Source: the human T2T-CHM13v2.0 reference genome, Homo sapiens. Taken from it: DNA of 64,000 nucleotides. The notes beneath the pieces were generated by a model that saw only the letters and a list, made by a program, of their open reading frames with translations, was not told where the DNA came from and made no database searches. Positions 1-15,299 of this stretch are shown here, piece after piece. The stretch lies in NCBI RefSeq assembly GCF_009914755.1, contig NC_060934.1; one strand, 5' to 3'. How positions within the stretch are numbered: the stretch's first letter is position 1; each line of letters begins with the position of its first letter. Made by a program: the position numbers and the translations under genes.

Positions 1-154
1 ATTTTTCTGCTTCTGTGAGGGGCCGGATTTTATATGAAGGAGTAATATCTTTAAATAACTCCATCAGAGAAACAATTACCAGCTTTCGAACAGTAACAGC
101 CACATCAGGATCTTGTTCCATCAACATAGAACGTAATTCTTTCAATTTTTTAAT
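1..154 (-). CDS. NOC3L: NOC3L coding exon 7 (runs off the window start)
   Basis: Acceptor taacag|ATT (AG at 156-155). Phase 0, translates [51 protein letters not shown], continuing the NOC3L frame. Confidence 0.95.
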
Positions 155-340
155 CTGTTAAAGAAATAGCTTATAAAGCTGGAGAAATCATGACGAAACA
201 ATTATGAACAAAAGACAACAGCCCCACATCCGGCAAAACAAGCGGAATTCACACAATGACTCCAAGTCTAGTCATGCCACACCAAACTCCAGACCCTGCT
301 CACTTTACCAAGAGATAAGTCACTAAAGTCATAAAGTAAT

Positions 341-742
341 TGTATTAGTCCGTTCTTGTATTGCTAGAAAGAAATGCCTGAGGCTGGATAATTTATAAAG
401 AAAAGAGGTTTATTTTGGCTTATAGTTCTGCAGGCTGTAGAGGAAGCTCGGTGCCTGCGTCTACTCCTGGTGAGGCCTCAGGAAACTTACGATCAAGGCA
501 GAAGGCAAAGGGGGAGCCAGGGTGTCACAGGAAAGATAGGGGAGGTTCTAAGCTCTTTTAAACAACCAGCTCTCACATGAACTACCAGAGTGAGAAGTCA
601 CTTGTTACCACAAGGATGGCACCAAGCCATTCATGAGGGATCCACCCCTATAATCTAAACACCTCCCACCAGGCCCACTTCCAACATCAGAGGTCACATT
701 TCAACATAAGATTTGGAGGGGACACACCTCCAAACTATATCA
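341..742 (-). mobile_element. MaLR solo LTR (MST family, MSTB-like)
   Basis: Ends tgtattagtc...caaactatatca, typical MST body, perfect 5-bp TSD GTAAT at 336-340 and 743-747. Confidence 0.9.
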
Positions 743-2059
743 GTAATCATATTTTTGTCATATAGTTAGAAACATACAGACCTTAAAAAATTAGTTTACA
801 TTTATTATTTAGCTATTTTGGGAAATTCTTTTTTGCTGGATTTTCCTAAAGTACGTGTGTCCTATTCTTCTAAAAACGCTTTTCAAAATATACTAAAATG
901 TTATATACATTAACCAAATATATCAGTCATACACATGAATTAATCAGGAATTACATGTAATATAGCCACATTAACTTGAGCTTCAAAGATAATTTCTATG
1001 ATGGTTTCGACTGCTTTGATGAACTACTATTGTCTGTGAGCACAGGTTCCTGAGTAGAAGATCTGGGTTCCAATCCAGTGGCTGTTAAAATCTGGAACAA
1101 ATCACTTGGGTTTTTTAAGGCTCAATTTTCCAGCTGTAAAATTAGATCAATCTCTTATGCCTATGGTTTTGTAATGATTGAGAGAATACACATAAGAAAT
1201 ATTCCAAATCTCTCTTCCCTAATTCTGCTCTAGATCTTCCCCTCACTTCATTAGAAAAGGACAAGTACTACTCCAAAGCATTCCCACATGAAATTTGCTT
1301 CTATAAATGTAAATAAGCTATTCTATCATTTCATAAACAAATACTTGTTATAATAGTATGCTGGGGACACCAGCATAACAATAATAATAGTATCATTTTA
1401 TATGACTTCACGTATATTTCATCATATAATCCTCACCACAAAGTTTTGAAAAAGACACTGTCCTTTTTTAGAGATGAAAGAGTCTTGGATAAATAACTTA
1501 CCCAAAGTCTCACAGATAGTACTTATCAGGGCCAAGATTAAACCTCAGATTTCTCTAGTTCATGTGTTATAACCATCACTAACTCAACGACTATACACAT
1601 GGCACAATAACACTTTACTTTAACTTTGGCTCTAGTTCACTTAAAATATTTTCAACTTACAAATATTCCTGAACTAATTCCATACACTTCCCCTGTAGCG
1701 CGCTTTTTAAAAACTCCACGGGTATGTCAAGCAAATTTGCAAACAGGTTCCTCCTCCCTAATACAATTTTATAAATTTAAACATTTTTAGAGTTATAAGA
1801 TGTCCAGTATTTTCATATATGAAGATGAGGAGAATAAGATTCAGAGAGTTTAAGTAACTTTTCTAGGATTACAAAAGAAATTAAGTTCAGACATAGCATT
1901 AAGCTAAGATTCTGTCTACTCTCTTACTCTAACCCAGCTACTATGTTTAGTTAATGCTTTTCCTTTTAGTGTATGCTTATAGGTAACAAGGGAATCTTAA
2001 CAATTAGGCATTTACACCATACCTAATACAAAGAGCCTAAAGAAATTAATACTACCTAC

Positions 2060-2190
2060 ATTATTTTCTGGATCTGATAATATGGCAGATGCCAAGGCTG
2101 CAATATGCATCTTCTTCTCCTGTAATTTCTTCTTTCTCTCAATCAAATGTTCTTCTATGGTCAGCTCTTGAATAGGATCTTCAATGATCT
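2060..2190 (-). CDS. NOC3L: NOC3L coding exon 6 (131 nt)
   Basis: tctgttttag|AG ... AATAAT|gtaggt. Encodes (E)[43 protein letters not shown]. Cumulative CDS 696 nt, phase 0. Confidence 0.95.
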
Positions 2191-2402
2191 CTAAAACAGA
2201 TTAGATGTTCCCTTACATATTCCTCTGCTTACAAGTATCCAAGAATCTTAATAAAATATTTTTACAGTAATAATAATAATGACAACAGCTAAGAATTTTG
2301 TATTTACTACTACACATCATCTCCTCAACAATACAGGTACTATCATTGGACCCATTTTATAGATAAGAAAACTGAAGCAAAGGAAGAGAAAATAACTTGG
2401 CT

Positions 2403-2462
2403 AAGCTCATAAACCAAAGGAAAATAGGATTCAAGCTCATAAACCAAAGGAAAATAGGATTC
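2403..2462. repeat. Perfect 30-bp tandem duplication within a MIR-like fragment
   Basis: aagctcataaaccaaaggaaaataggattc occurs twice back to back. Confidence 0.95.
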
Positions 2463-2487
2463 AAACTCAGGCAGTCTGATTCTAGAA

Positions 2488-2840
<353 letters not shown>

Positions 2841-3631
2841 TAACAAATAGGATAATCCTATTTAGTTTTTTTTTAAGTACAGAATATTCTCCTTTGTTTT
2901 TAACACTATATATTACTTTATACAAACTAATACTTCATAGTTTTGGGCTACAGAAAAACATGTCCACCTTAGGAAATTCATAGGGAACTAGATTTAATCA
3001 ACACTAGCATAATCTGTAATGGTTTTATGATGGGTGACTGAAAACAGTTAAACAGTTGACCTGTAATTCATTTTTGCTATTAATGAGGTCTGCTAAGCGA
3101 AAGTAAAATTTAACTAGATTGTTCTGTCACAAATTCCAAACTAATATAATTTCAAACAATAAAATGCATTATTTCAGTTCAACTTTGATTAAATGGTCCT
3201 AGGTAATAGAAACTGACATTCAATTATATGAAACATATGCAAGTATAATTGTGCTAGAAACAAACCAAAATGACTTCATACTACAGAATCGCTTTTGTAA
3301 TTTAAAGCTAAAAAGTTAACAGTTATTTGTAAGTAGTCTTTCTCTTACAATTAAAAGGAATTCAGAACAGTAATAATTAACAAGACACACTTCTTGTATG
3401 CCTAGATATTACAAATATGATTGTGTAAATTTTTCCATAATCAAAAAAATAAAGAATCTATTAATAATTCCACAAGATGAAGCTTTCAAATGTGGAAAAA
3501 TGTTCAAAGTGACCTTGAAATGAGCAGTACTCCAAAATGTACCTTCCAGATTTCATCTAAAATTAACTCACATTTACTATTATGCAAAAAAATTCTCAAT
3601 TAACAATTTAGTAACTGTAAAGACATATTAC

Positions 3632-3688
3632 CTTCCTCAAGTTCCCTCTCTTCTTCTTGATCCTCTTCATCTTTGTTACTATCAGTAA
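3632..3688 (-). CDS. NOC3L: NOC3L coding exon 5 (57 nt)
   Basis: ccatatag|TT ... GAAG|gtaata. Encodes VTDSNKDEEDQEEERELEE, also visible in ORF 3600..3812. Confidence 0.95.
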
Positions 3689-4270
3689 CTATATGGAAAA
3701 CATATGTATTAAAACTGTGATATATACTTAAGTGGTAAAAACTGTAAAGAAATGCTAGGAGGTGATTACGATAAAACTCAGGATAGCAGTTACTTTTATG
3801 GGAAGAGCACAATTAGTGATTGAGGTGAGCACAAGGGAGGATTCTGGAAGCTAGCAGTAGTTTTTTTTCCTTGTCTGAATAGTAGTTTTATAGGTATGCG
3901 CTTTGTTATAAACCATGTAACTTCACATCTTTGATATCTGAACTTTTCTGTTTTATTTCACATACAAAAGAAGATACATTAAAAAAGAAAGCTAATCAAG
4001 AACAGTTAATATGCTCTAATTTTAGAAACAACAAAATTTAGTGAAAAGAAAATCACCTGAACCTTGTAGCTTCAGTTGTCCTCACAGTACAAATTGGTAC
4101 CTGAGATAATCTATAATTCTGGCCCAAATCATCAAGCTTGCTATAAGACTAATTGAATATTTTCTAGATATGGGTAAAATCAAAGTAAAATTAAATTTTG
4201 AGTGAAAAAAAAACATGATATCAGTAAGGGGGTAAAAGTTCAACTAATATTACCAGTTTATTAGACTCAC

Positions 4271-4428
4271 CTGGCTTCTCCCTAGTCTGTGGGATTATAC
4301 CACTTTTATCTTTGATAGGAAGTAAATGAATCAGTTCCTTCTCTGGTGCAGTTTGCAGAGTTCTTGGTATTTTTTCATATTTATCTATAATGCGTTCATG
4401 CTTCCGTTTCTTCGCATGAACAGGCTCA
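4271..4428 (-). CDS. NOC3L: NOC3L coding exon 4 (158 nt)
   Basis: tttcccctgcag|T ... CCAG|gtgagt. Encodes [52 protein letters not shown]. Confidence 0.95.
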
Positions 4429-5179
4429 CTGCAGGGGAAAAAAAGATCAATTTTCAGTCTTAATAGATCTAAAAAGTTATCTAGAGACCTATCATTTCAA
4501 AAGTACAGAAAAACCACCAGCCAACTTTCAATAGGTATATGGATAGTAGCACTTAGGCTAGTGTCTGGCACATAGCAGGCACTCAAACAGCAAATGAATA
4601 AAAGAAATGGGTAAACAACCTACCATACAAACTCAAACTTTGGCTACATCCAGTTTTCCCTCTAGATGCAAAATAAAGGTGAAAGTTACAGCAGATTCTT
4701 TATGAAGAACAGTTCATAAAACCAAGTGTGACTCTTACTTTCCCAAAATCTTTAGAGTATAGCATAGACTTTGGAGTTTAAAAGGTCCAACTTTAAATTC
4801 CAGATACTTGTGACTGCAGGGAACCATCAGTTTCCTCTCTGGAAATGGGAATAAGACCTACCAGCAGGGTAATGAGGATTAAGTGAAATCATAGCCGTAG
4901 GAACTCAGAACTGTTCTGCCACTACCTCAAAGTGAGAACAGCATTCTTCCCCCATTCACTCTACTTGACTATTCAGACTCAAAAGAAAGATGTACATTAA
5001 ATGAAATCAGCTTATCTTATACATGAACCTCCTTTATTTAGGAAATAAGCTAAATAATACTTTATTCTTTGTAAACATTGTGCTCAAAGGTGAACACCTT
5101 GAACCACCTAAGTGAAATTCAGAACCAAGTTTTTAACACTAAATGGATATGAATGATTATAACCCAAATGAAGTATTAC

Positions 5180-5312
5180 CTAGAAGAAAGATCTCTTGTT
5201 AGAAAAGATACTCTTTGTCCTAAATCCTTCATTAACTGTAAGTCATCTTCATCCATCATATCTAAAGGAAGGGCTTCTTCTTCTTCCTCTTCTTCCCTCT
5301 CAATCCTTTTAC
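5180..5312 (-). CDS. NOC3L: NOC3L coding exon 3 (133 nt)
   Basis: (tg)9gtacag|GT ... TCTAG|gtaata. Encodes (G)[43 protein letters not shown]. Confidence 0.95.
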
Positions 5313-5318
5313 CTGTAC

Positions 5319-5336
5319 CACACACACACACACACA
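5319..5336. repeat. (CA)9 microsatellite within the exon 3 acceptor region
   Basis: Read directly from the sequence. Confidence 0.95.
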
Positions 5337-5487
5337 AAGAAAAATTAGAAACAAGTATCAGAGATGTAGAACTCTCTGCATTTTGGGTTTAAACAGGAAA
5401 AGCTTACGCTTTCTGAAGCAATCCTCCCACTCCAGCCTCCCAAAATGCTGGGATTACAGGGAGTGGGCCATGGCTCACAGCTGAGCC

Positions 5488-5690
5488 CAGTGCTTCTAAA
5501 TGGAAGAACTACTGATATGCTAGGCAAACAATTCTTTGTCGTACTGGGATGTTCTGAGTCTGGAAAAATGCTAGCATCTCTGACTCCTGCAATCTAAATG
5601 CCAATAGCATTCCCAGGTTATTGTAACAACCAAAAACTAAATGTCTCCACATACTCTGAAATGCCTTTCAGGACGTTTGGAAACCAATGA
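5488..5690. mobile_element. MER20-like hAT DNA transposon relic
   Basis: Motifs aatgccaatagcattccc...tgtaacaaccaaaaa...aatgtctcca resemble the MER20 consensus as I recall it. Confidence 0.65.
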
Positions 5691-6239
5691 CTTAGCCCCT
5701 CAGCTCCTTCTCATCTCCAATTACTTTCACTTCGTATTCCATTTCAGCCAGCCTCTCTAATGGCCACATTCCAAACCCTAGTGCTCACCCCTCTCTCTGA
5801 CCACAAGCTTTTATCCTTCCAGCTCCCATTCAGTTACTTCCACAGCACTTCTTCCTTAACCAATTATGTAACCTTTCAATCCACTGACCACTCCACTTTC
5901 TATCTACCTGTGTGTTCTGTCTTCACTCCCTCACTTAGACTGCAAGATTATCACTTCAACCACACTCTTGCCAATATCCTCAACTATTTTTCTTTCAACA
6001 CTTCAGGCACTCACATCTAACAAAATCCCAACAACAGATCATTCTAACTTCTCTTTCTGCTCACTGTCTGCGTCTTGCTCTCTTTCTCCATCTCCTCTTT
6101 TTATTTAAAAAAAAAAAAAGTCAACTAAGTGCCAGGCACTATTTGAAGTGCTGAGGATTCAACTATGAATAAAACAATCTTAGCATCTTTCCTAGTAGAA
6201 CTTACAATTCTTCCTGACCCATTAAAACTCGTAAATCTT

Positions 6240-6566
6240 GGCTGAGCGCGGTGGCTCACACCTGTAATCTTAGCACTTTGGGAGGCCGAGACGGGTGGAT
6301 TGCTTGAGGCAAGGAGTTCAAAACCAGCCTGGCCAACATGGTGAAACCCCATCTCTACGAAAAATACAAAAAATTAGTGAGGCGTGGTGGCACATGCCTG
6401 TAATCCTAGCTACTTGGGAAGCTGAGGCAGGAGAATCACTTGAATCCCGTAGGCAGAGATTGCAATGAGCAGAGCAGAGATTGCAATGAGCAGAGCAGAA
6501 ATCGCCACTGAACTCCAGCCTGGGCAACAAGTGTGAAACTCCGTCTCAAAAAAAAAAACAAAAAAA
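6240..6566 (+). mobile_element. Alu (AluS-like) with internal 21-bp duplication
   Basis: Full Alu dimer, flanking repeat gtaaatcttg, and gcagagattgcaatgagcaga twice at 6453-6494. Confidence 0.9.
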
Positions 6567-6644
6567 GACCCTAGTAAATCTTGCTATATAAATGTACACA
6601 CTGCACAGAATGGCACTCCTATCTACTTTAAATGAGCCTTCTAA

Positions 6645-7957
<1,313 letters not shown>

Positions 7958-8761
7958 CTTTAGCTGGGTGCTGTGGCTCACCCTTGCAATTCCAGCACTT
8001 TTGGAGGCTGAAGCAGGAGGACTGCCTGAGCCCAGGAGGTCAAGGCTGTAGTGGGCTATTTTTGCACACTGCACTCCAGCCTGGGTGACAGAACAAGACC
8101 CTGTCTATTTAAAATAATAATAATAATTTTTAAAAAATGGACCTGAGAAGACTGAATAGTTGTCTAATAATCTGATATAGTCAAATAAGAATACCCTAAA
8201 AGTACCAGCAAAGTTGTAGAACTAGCCTGACTCAAAATAGTCATATTCCTTACAAGTTTTGAGTACTTAATAATTTTTAGATAGTTTTACAAAATAACCA
8301 TGACAATTACAACTCAATTTCACCCCAAGTTTCCACATGAAAAGAAAGTCAGAAGTTTAGAAGTGTACCTTGGCAATACTGTGAAGAATGAACCAGAGAC
8401 AAGCAATGTTCTTACCTTACCTAACTGCTGGTGAATGGCAAAGTGGCAGCACTGGCACACTGCCCAATATTTATGTAACGGAGTACTTTCAGTTTGTTTT
8501 CCCAAGTAGTGCATCTTCAGATCTGCCTTCCAGACAAACTAAAAGCAGAAGCTTGAATGAATACTGTATTGAAATGTTTTCTCATACTGACTGTGATAAA
8601 GCATATATGCTTTATAGCAGTCCTATAGGACTACTATCCTTACCCACTCTAGGAAGATCTGAGAACAAGAAAAGCGATTACTAGAAAGCAAAGTTATTTC
8701 CATGAAGAACACTTCAGAATAAATCAATGGAAACCAGAGCACATGATGTTTTCACAATTAC

Positions 8762-8969
8762 CTGGTCGCTTTTCCTTTGGGTTCTCCAATGGAATGGGTT
8801 TCTTAGACACAGCATCTTTCACAGCTTGCCTTAGTTTCCTCTGTTCTTTTCGGTACTTCTTGAGAGTGCTTTGTTGTTTAAACTGCTTATTTTTTAGCTT
8901 GTTTTCAAGTTTGACTTTACTAGTTTTTATTAACTTGCGAAAGCTTGGGATCTGTTTTTTATTTCTTCT
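8762..8969 (-). CDS. NOC3L: NOC3L coding exon 2 (208 nt)
   Basis: ttattttctag|AGA ... CCAG|gtaatt. Encodes [69 protein letters not shown]. Confidence 0.95.
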
Positions 8970-9699
8970 CTAGAAAATAACAGAAAGAATACTGCATACC
9001 CAGAAACTTATTTTTTAAATCAGGTTAAAGAGAACTGATTACAAATTTCATTAGACCAATTCCACAATTTCAATGTCCCACAGCCACAGACTTGCATATA
9101 AAAGCTAAAACCAAACGATGGCTTTAATCCTACAGAAGAGCGCTACAGCATCAGTTATTCAATCCCAATTCACAGCAATTCAAAGGGTTCTACGATCCCC
9201 AAACAGGTTAAGAACCACTGATCTAGTAGTGGTAAGTGGCTATTCAAGGCTAGTTTAACACACCTGTAGTTTAACACATTCAAAGCAAAATGCTGGCTGT
9301 CTTTAATAAAACTTACATTTATCTACGATTTTATTACTTACAAAGTGCTCCAACAAATCACCTCTAACAGCCTAGTTGAGTACTGACTGCTGTTATCCTC
9401 ACATTACTGATGAAGCTGCCAAAAGACCCATAAACTAAGGAGGGCAAAACTGAATTCGGATCTTTGGATTCCACTTCTCTTGCTGGTGACTCATTCAGAA
9501 ATCCCAAAGTTAGTCCTGAACCCCAGGACTACCTCTTATTTTCTGGGAGAACCAGGACAAATCACTTGCTTTTCTATCTCTTTACCCTTCATGGGTACCG
9601 TGACTCACATTATAAACTCGCTGAGGGTAGGACCCTGCTTCTCATTTGTGAAAAACGAGTTCGAAAGACGGTCTTGAAAAATTCCTTCAAAGTATGAAA

Positions 9700-10250
9700 T
9701 CCCACGCATGCAAAACTCCGTGCCTGTCTCTTCGTGATACTCTGAAGTGGTGCGCGCACACAGTGGGTAACCAAGGATGAGCTCGGTGTAAGGAATGGAA
9801 AGCCCCCAGTCTAAACCACCGCCCCCTAGACACGGGTGAAAACCTGCCTAAAAGCTAACTCAGGCAGTGACTCTATCACCCGAAGGGGCCCTAGGCCGCG
9901 GCGACCGGGCTTTTGAGGACACTTACCGCCTTCATCCTTAGGCCTTAAATGAATGCCGGCCAGACAAGTTCACCAGAAGCAGGGTTACTACAGAAATCCC
10001 GGGGAATGACACACGTGCCGAAGTCCCTACACTACCAGAGCCGGAAACGGCCTTCAGTCCCTCCCAATCCTCCGCCGCCGGAAGTGAGGGCGGGACTTCC
10101 GTAGACAGGTTCGGGCTCGCGCCCTCTCGCGGTGACTGTCTCGCGGCCCTGGACCGGTTGCCCCCCGGCGTGCGCGCGCGGACTGGCACGAGGGAAGCCC
10201 CGAGGGCGTCGGTGCCAAAGGCGGGAAGCCGGGCGGGAGGGGCGCATTTT
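9700..10250 (-). promoter_or_regulatory. NOC3L: NOC3L CpG-island promoter and 5' UTR
   Basis: CpG-rich. E-box CACGTG at 10012-10017, ETS-type CCGGAAGTG at 10078-10086 and ACTTCCG at 10095-10101 flanking a GC box at 10088-10094. Confidence 0.85.
9927..9935 (-). CDS. NOC3L: NOC3L exon 1 coding part (ATG AAG GCG = MKA); nucleolar complex protein 3 homolog
   Basis: aggATGAAGGCG|gtaagt consensus donor inside the CpG island, joining exon 2 in frame. Confidence 0.93.
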
Positions 10251-10642
10251 GCAAGGTTATCTGAGTATGATTCTTTGACTCTCGCCCTATTTATTTCTTT
10301 TAAAACCTTGGGGAAATCGGGCTCCTCCTCTCAGAATGAGAGGACTTGGTTTTTTCGGTCACCTCATTGCATTTTGTGCCTCTCCTCACGTTGCTTATCT
10401 CATGCTGTTATAGATACTGATTTTCGTAGTCTTTTTCCTCCATACAGTCCTGAGGGCAGAAAGAAGCTTATTTTTTGTGTGTAATGCCTGCCCCTCGACG
10501 GACATTCTGGCCGTGTTTGTAGCATGGCGAATGATTTCTCATCAGCCTTGGTCACTTAAAAGTCTGTGATTCTTAGTGTTTTATTTTGCATTTTTTTTTT
10601 GCTTTAATTTTTAACCATTAGCTGATAAAGAACTGTATCCAT

Positions 10643-11318
<676 letters not shown>

Positions 11319-12171
11319 TAAAGTCGTTCATTTTTACAGGAAGTTTTATGGATTGCAAGAATAAGAGTATCAAAGTGCTTGTCTCTCAAAGACTTTTTTT
11401 TCTCAATAAATTTAAGCATTCCACTTCAAGTTTTTTGTGGGTTTTTTTGAGTCTATGATTTTTGAGCATGGCCCTGACACAGAGTCTGGCCTCGCAGTCC
11501 TGAGCAGGTGGGAAAACCCAGTAGTGCGGCTCAAAGGGTTCTGAGCCCCTTGAATAGTGTTGCTCTTAGAGAGACTGAGGGAAAAAAGTACCAATTTCCT
11601 GATCCCACCACAAAGACCAAGAGGTCCATCTGGCACTCTTCTTTCAACCTCCCTTCCAACTTCTTCCTTGCTCTGTCTCCTTCCACACAGTGTCAGAAAC
11701 AGCAGAGCCTGTCCCGCTGGAGTATTACTTCATCAAACAAGTGGAAAACATCAGCCTGTGCTCTTCCCAAGTGCCTGAATTCCCTCCCAAGCATATCAAC
11801 ATATCTACAGTCACTCCCATCCTTTTAGCCTTCCTTCCAGTCTCTCCAAGGATGAGGCATCCCCATTCCAGTTCAAAACCAACTCCTCCCAGCTTCATCA
11901 GATTCTTGTATCATTAATTATCCCTTCTTTCCTGTGTTCTTTCCCTCTCTAATAGATCCTTCCCCTCAGCTTATAAACATATTCAAATCTCTTCCATTTT
12001 TAAGATTTGTTCTAATAAACTTATCTCCCTTTAATTGCTCTTTTATGTGCCTCTTTTCCTACTTGTCCCTACTTCCAGAAAAAAGTATTCTTTTAGCGTC
12101 TCCACTTTCTCTTCTCTATTGTCATAGCCCAATCCTGTGCTAGTATTTTCTTTTTTAATATAAAGATTGCC

Positions 12172-12450
12172 TTTTTTTATTTTTTTTCTCTGTTGCCCAG
12201 GCTGGAGTGCAGTGGCAGCTCTCAGCTCACTGCAGCCTCAACCTCCCAGGCTCAAGGGATCCTCCACCTCAGCTTCCTGGGTAGCTGAAACTACAGGCAC
12301 GCACCACCATGCCCGGCTAATTTATATTATTTGCAGAGATTTGGTCTTGCTATACTGCCTAGGCTGGTCTCAAACTCCTGGGCTCAAGCAGTCCTCCCAC
12401 CTCAACCTCCCAAAGTGCTGGGATTACAGGCATGAGCCACCATGCCCAGC
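12172..12450 (-). mobile_element. Alu (AluJ-like)
   Basis: Diverged reverse-complement Alu. Confidence 0.85.
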
Positions 12451-14906
12451 ATGTGCTAGCTTTTTTAAGAACTGTGTCATACTCTTGGCCCATTTTAAGT
12501 TTACAATCAACTAAAATCTCTGGATCATTTTAAAGCAATTGTTGCCAAGCTAAATCTCTCCCATCTTGAATTCGAGCAGCCTGTTGTTCGAAAATACTCA
12601 AAAATGGAAGTTTATATGATTCCTTTTAATTCCATTTAATCTTGCTGGTTTCTTAATTCTGTGTGTCCACCTTTGTGTCATCTCTTCTTCACTCAATCCA
12701 CTGCCAAGCCCCATTTGGACTCCAGATCCTCTTAGATCCCTTAGAGCTTTCCTGGACACTTGAGCTGATAAGGGTCACTGGGCTTTCCCAAACTAGTATC
12801 ACAGGGATTGTACCTGGAGATTCCTGTTAGCACTTTCAGGAAGTCTGTTAAGAACTTACGTGGCTTTGCCCATAACATTCCGCTGAAACTGATCTAATTA
12901 AGGTCACCAAGAACCTCCAAAGTGTTGTGAGTTTTTTCTAATTGTGTACGGAATTACATTACTTCTTTCTCATTTAACCTCACTAGATCTCTCTGCTGCC
13001 TTTGATGCTACGCGTATCTCCCTTCACACATTAGAATGTTGATTCCCTTGGCTTTCCTAATAGCCTGTTCCCCAGGTTCTCCTCCTACCTCCATTTCTTC
13101 CTCCTTAGGCTTCTTCAATGTAGGTGACTCTCAGGGTTCTACTCTTGGCCCACTTGTCTACCACTCTTCTTGCTCTACTTGCTTTTCCAGCGTGATTTCA
13201 TCCATCTACCTATTACAAAGAGATTTTGTCCAGCCTATACTTCTTCCCCAAGCTTCATTCTTATAGCCATCTGCCTCCTGGACAGCTCTACCTCCTAACC
13301 ATGGGACTTCACATTACCATGTTCAAAAGAACTATTTTTTTTCACTTGTACCTCTTGTAACATTCCCTATTTCTTTCTTTTACCCACAGCTAGAATCCCA
13401 AATACTCCAGAGATCTTTGTCAACAAGCAAGGGCTTTCTTGGCCATTTACCGTATTATAATTAATCCATTTTCTATAAACAAACAGTTTTGAAAACTGTC
13501 ACTAAGTGGACATGGAATAATAAACAAGGCTTCTTTTTTTCCAGTACCACAAGATAATTTACATAAGTTATAATAAGGGACTATATGAATGTTTGTCACT
13601 TTGTAGTAAGTGTTTGGCGATAGAAAAAGCCCACACTTCAGTATCACAAATTAGAAAATAAACATCGTAATTGGATGTTATCACTGTCAATCATCTTAGA
13701 CATAAAAGAGGCAGGCAGGTTGCCCTACAGCTCACCCAAAGGGGACCTGTGGAAATTAGAAAAAGCTTCCATGTCCTTAAGACACTTCACTGTCATAGAT
13801 CAAAAAAAAAAAGTTTGCTATCTTTACAAATAAACTGTGAATGACGCCCCTGGAATTGTACAATATACAGTCCTCCCTTATGTCGAAGTGCTTGGCTCTG
13901 CCTAGGCCTCTTTCTGTTTCCCTTCCTAAAATTCAGGGGAAACAAAAACAAAACTAAACTAAAGTAAAATAAAATCCAGGGGAGGGAAGGAGTCTAGAAT
14001 CTCTGTTCAGACCTTTGAGATAGTGCTACAGCCAAGGGGAAAAAAAAACAACTCACTATCAGAGAGCTAAAAAAACATAACTGTAATATTTAAGTAATAT
14101 TTAGATATTACTGTCCAGGCATTGTGGCTCCTGCCTGTAATCCCAGCACTTTGGGAGGCTGAGGCAGGAGGATTATTTGAGGCCACGTGTTCAAGGCTAC
14201 AGTGAGCTATGAGGGTGCCACTGCACTCCAGCCTGGGCGACAGAGTGAGGCTATCGCAAAAAAAAAAAAAAAGAAAGGATTTGAAAATACGTATATCATG
14301 GTCTCTACCTTTGAAAATGTTAAAATATTGTTGAGAAATTGTGTGTGTGTGTGTGTGTGTGTGTTTGTGTGTAGTTGAGAATGATAATTATGAATTACCA
14401 AATAGAGAATAATAGAAAAGATCACATAGGTGCTAAAAAATAAAGACAAGCTGCTTTAGAGGAAGTCATAGAGCAATGTATACCTAAATGAGAACAGGAG
14501 AAAGGACAAAGTTTAAATAGATGGTATAATTTGTTCTAAGCAAGGTCACTCAGGTAGTACAAATAATTTATATTGTGGTGCATCAGAAAATTAGGTTAAG
14601 ATAGCTAATAATTATAATTAATTATTAAATTAAAAGTATTAACCAAAAACCAAAATAATAGCAAACATTAGAATAATGATGTAGCAGATTTTTTGTCCTG
14701 CTGAACCCACAGCTTGAATCACCCCAAAAGCAGTGGTAGGCCAGGAATTAGTGGCTTCAGTGAGTTATGATCTCACCACTGCACTCCAGCCTGGGCAACA
14801 GAGCAAGACTCCATCTCAAAAACAAACAAAAGCAGCGACAGGGAAGTTCCCACAACGGTGTGTCCCAAACTGTCTTGAGAAAAGGCCCCCAGTTGGGATG
14901 CCATAG

Positions 14907-15299
<393 letters not shown>

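Noticed and set aside
9987-10000. ZNF143-like ACTACA...TCCC motif
   Set aside because: Spacing is 4 nt instead of the usual 2.
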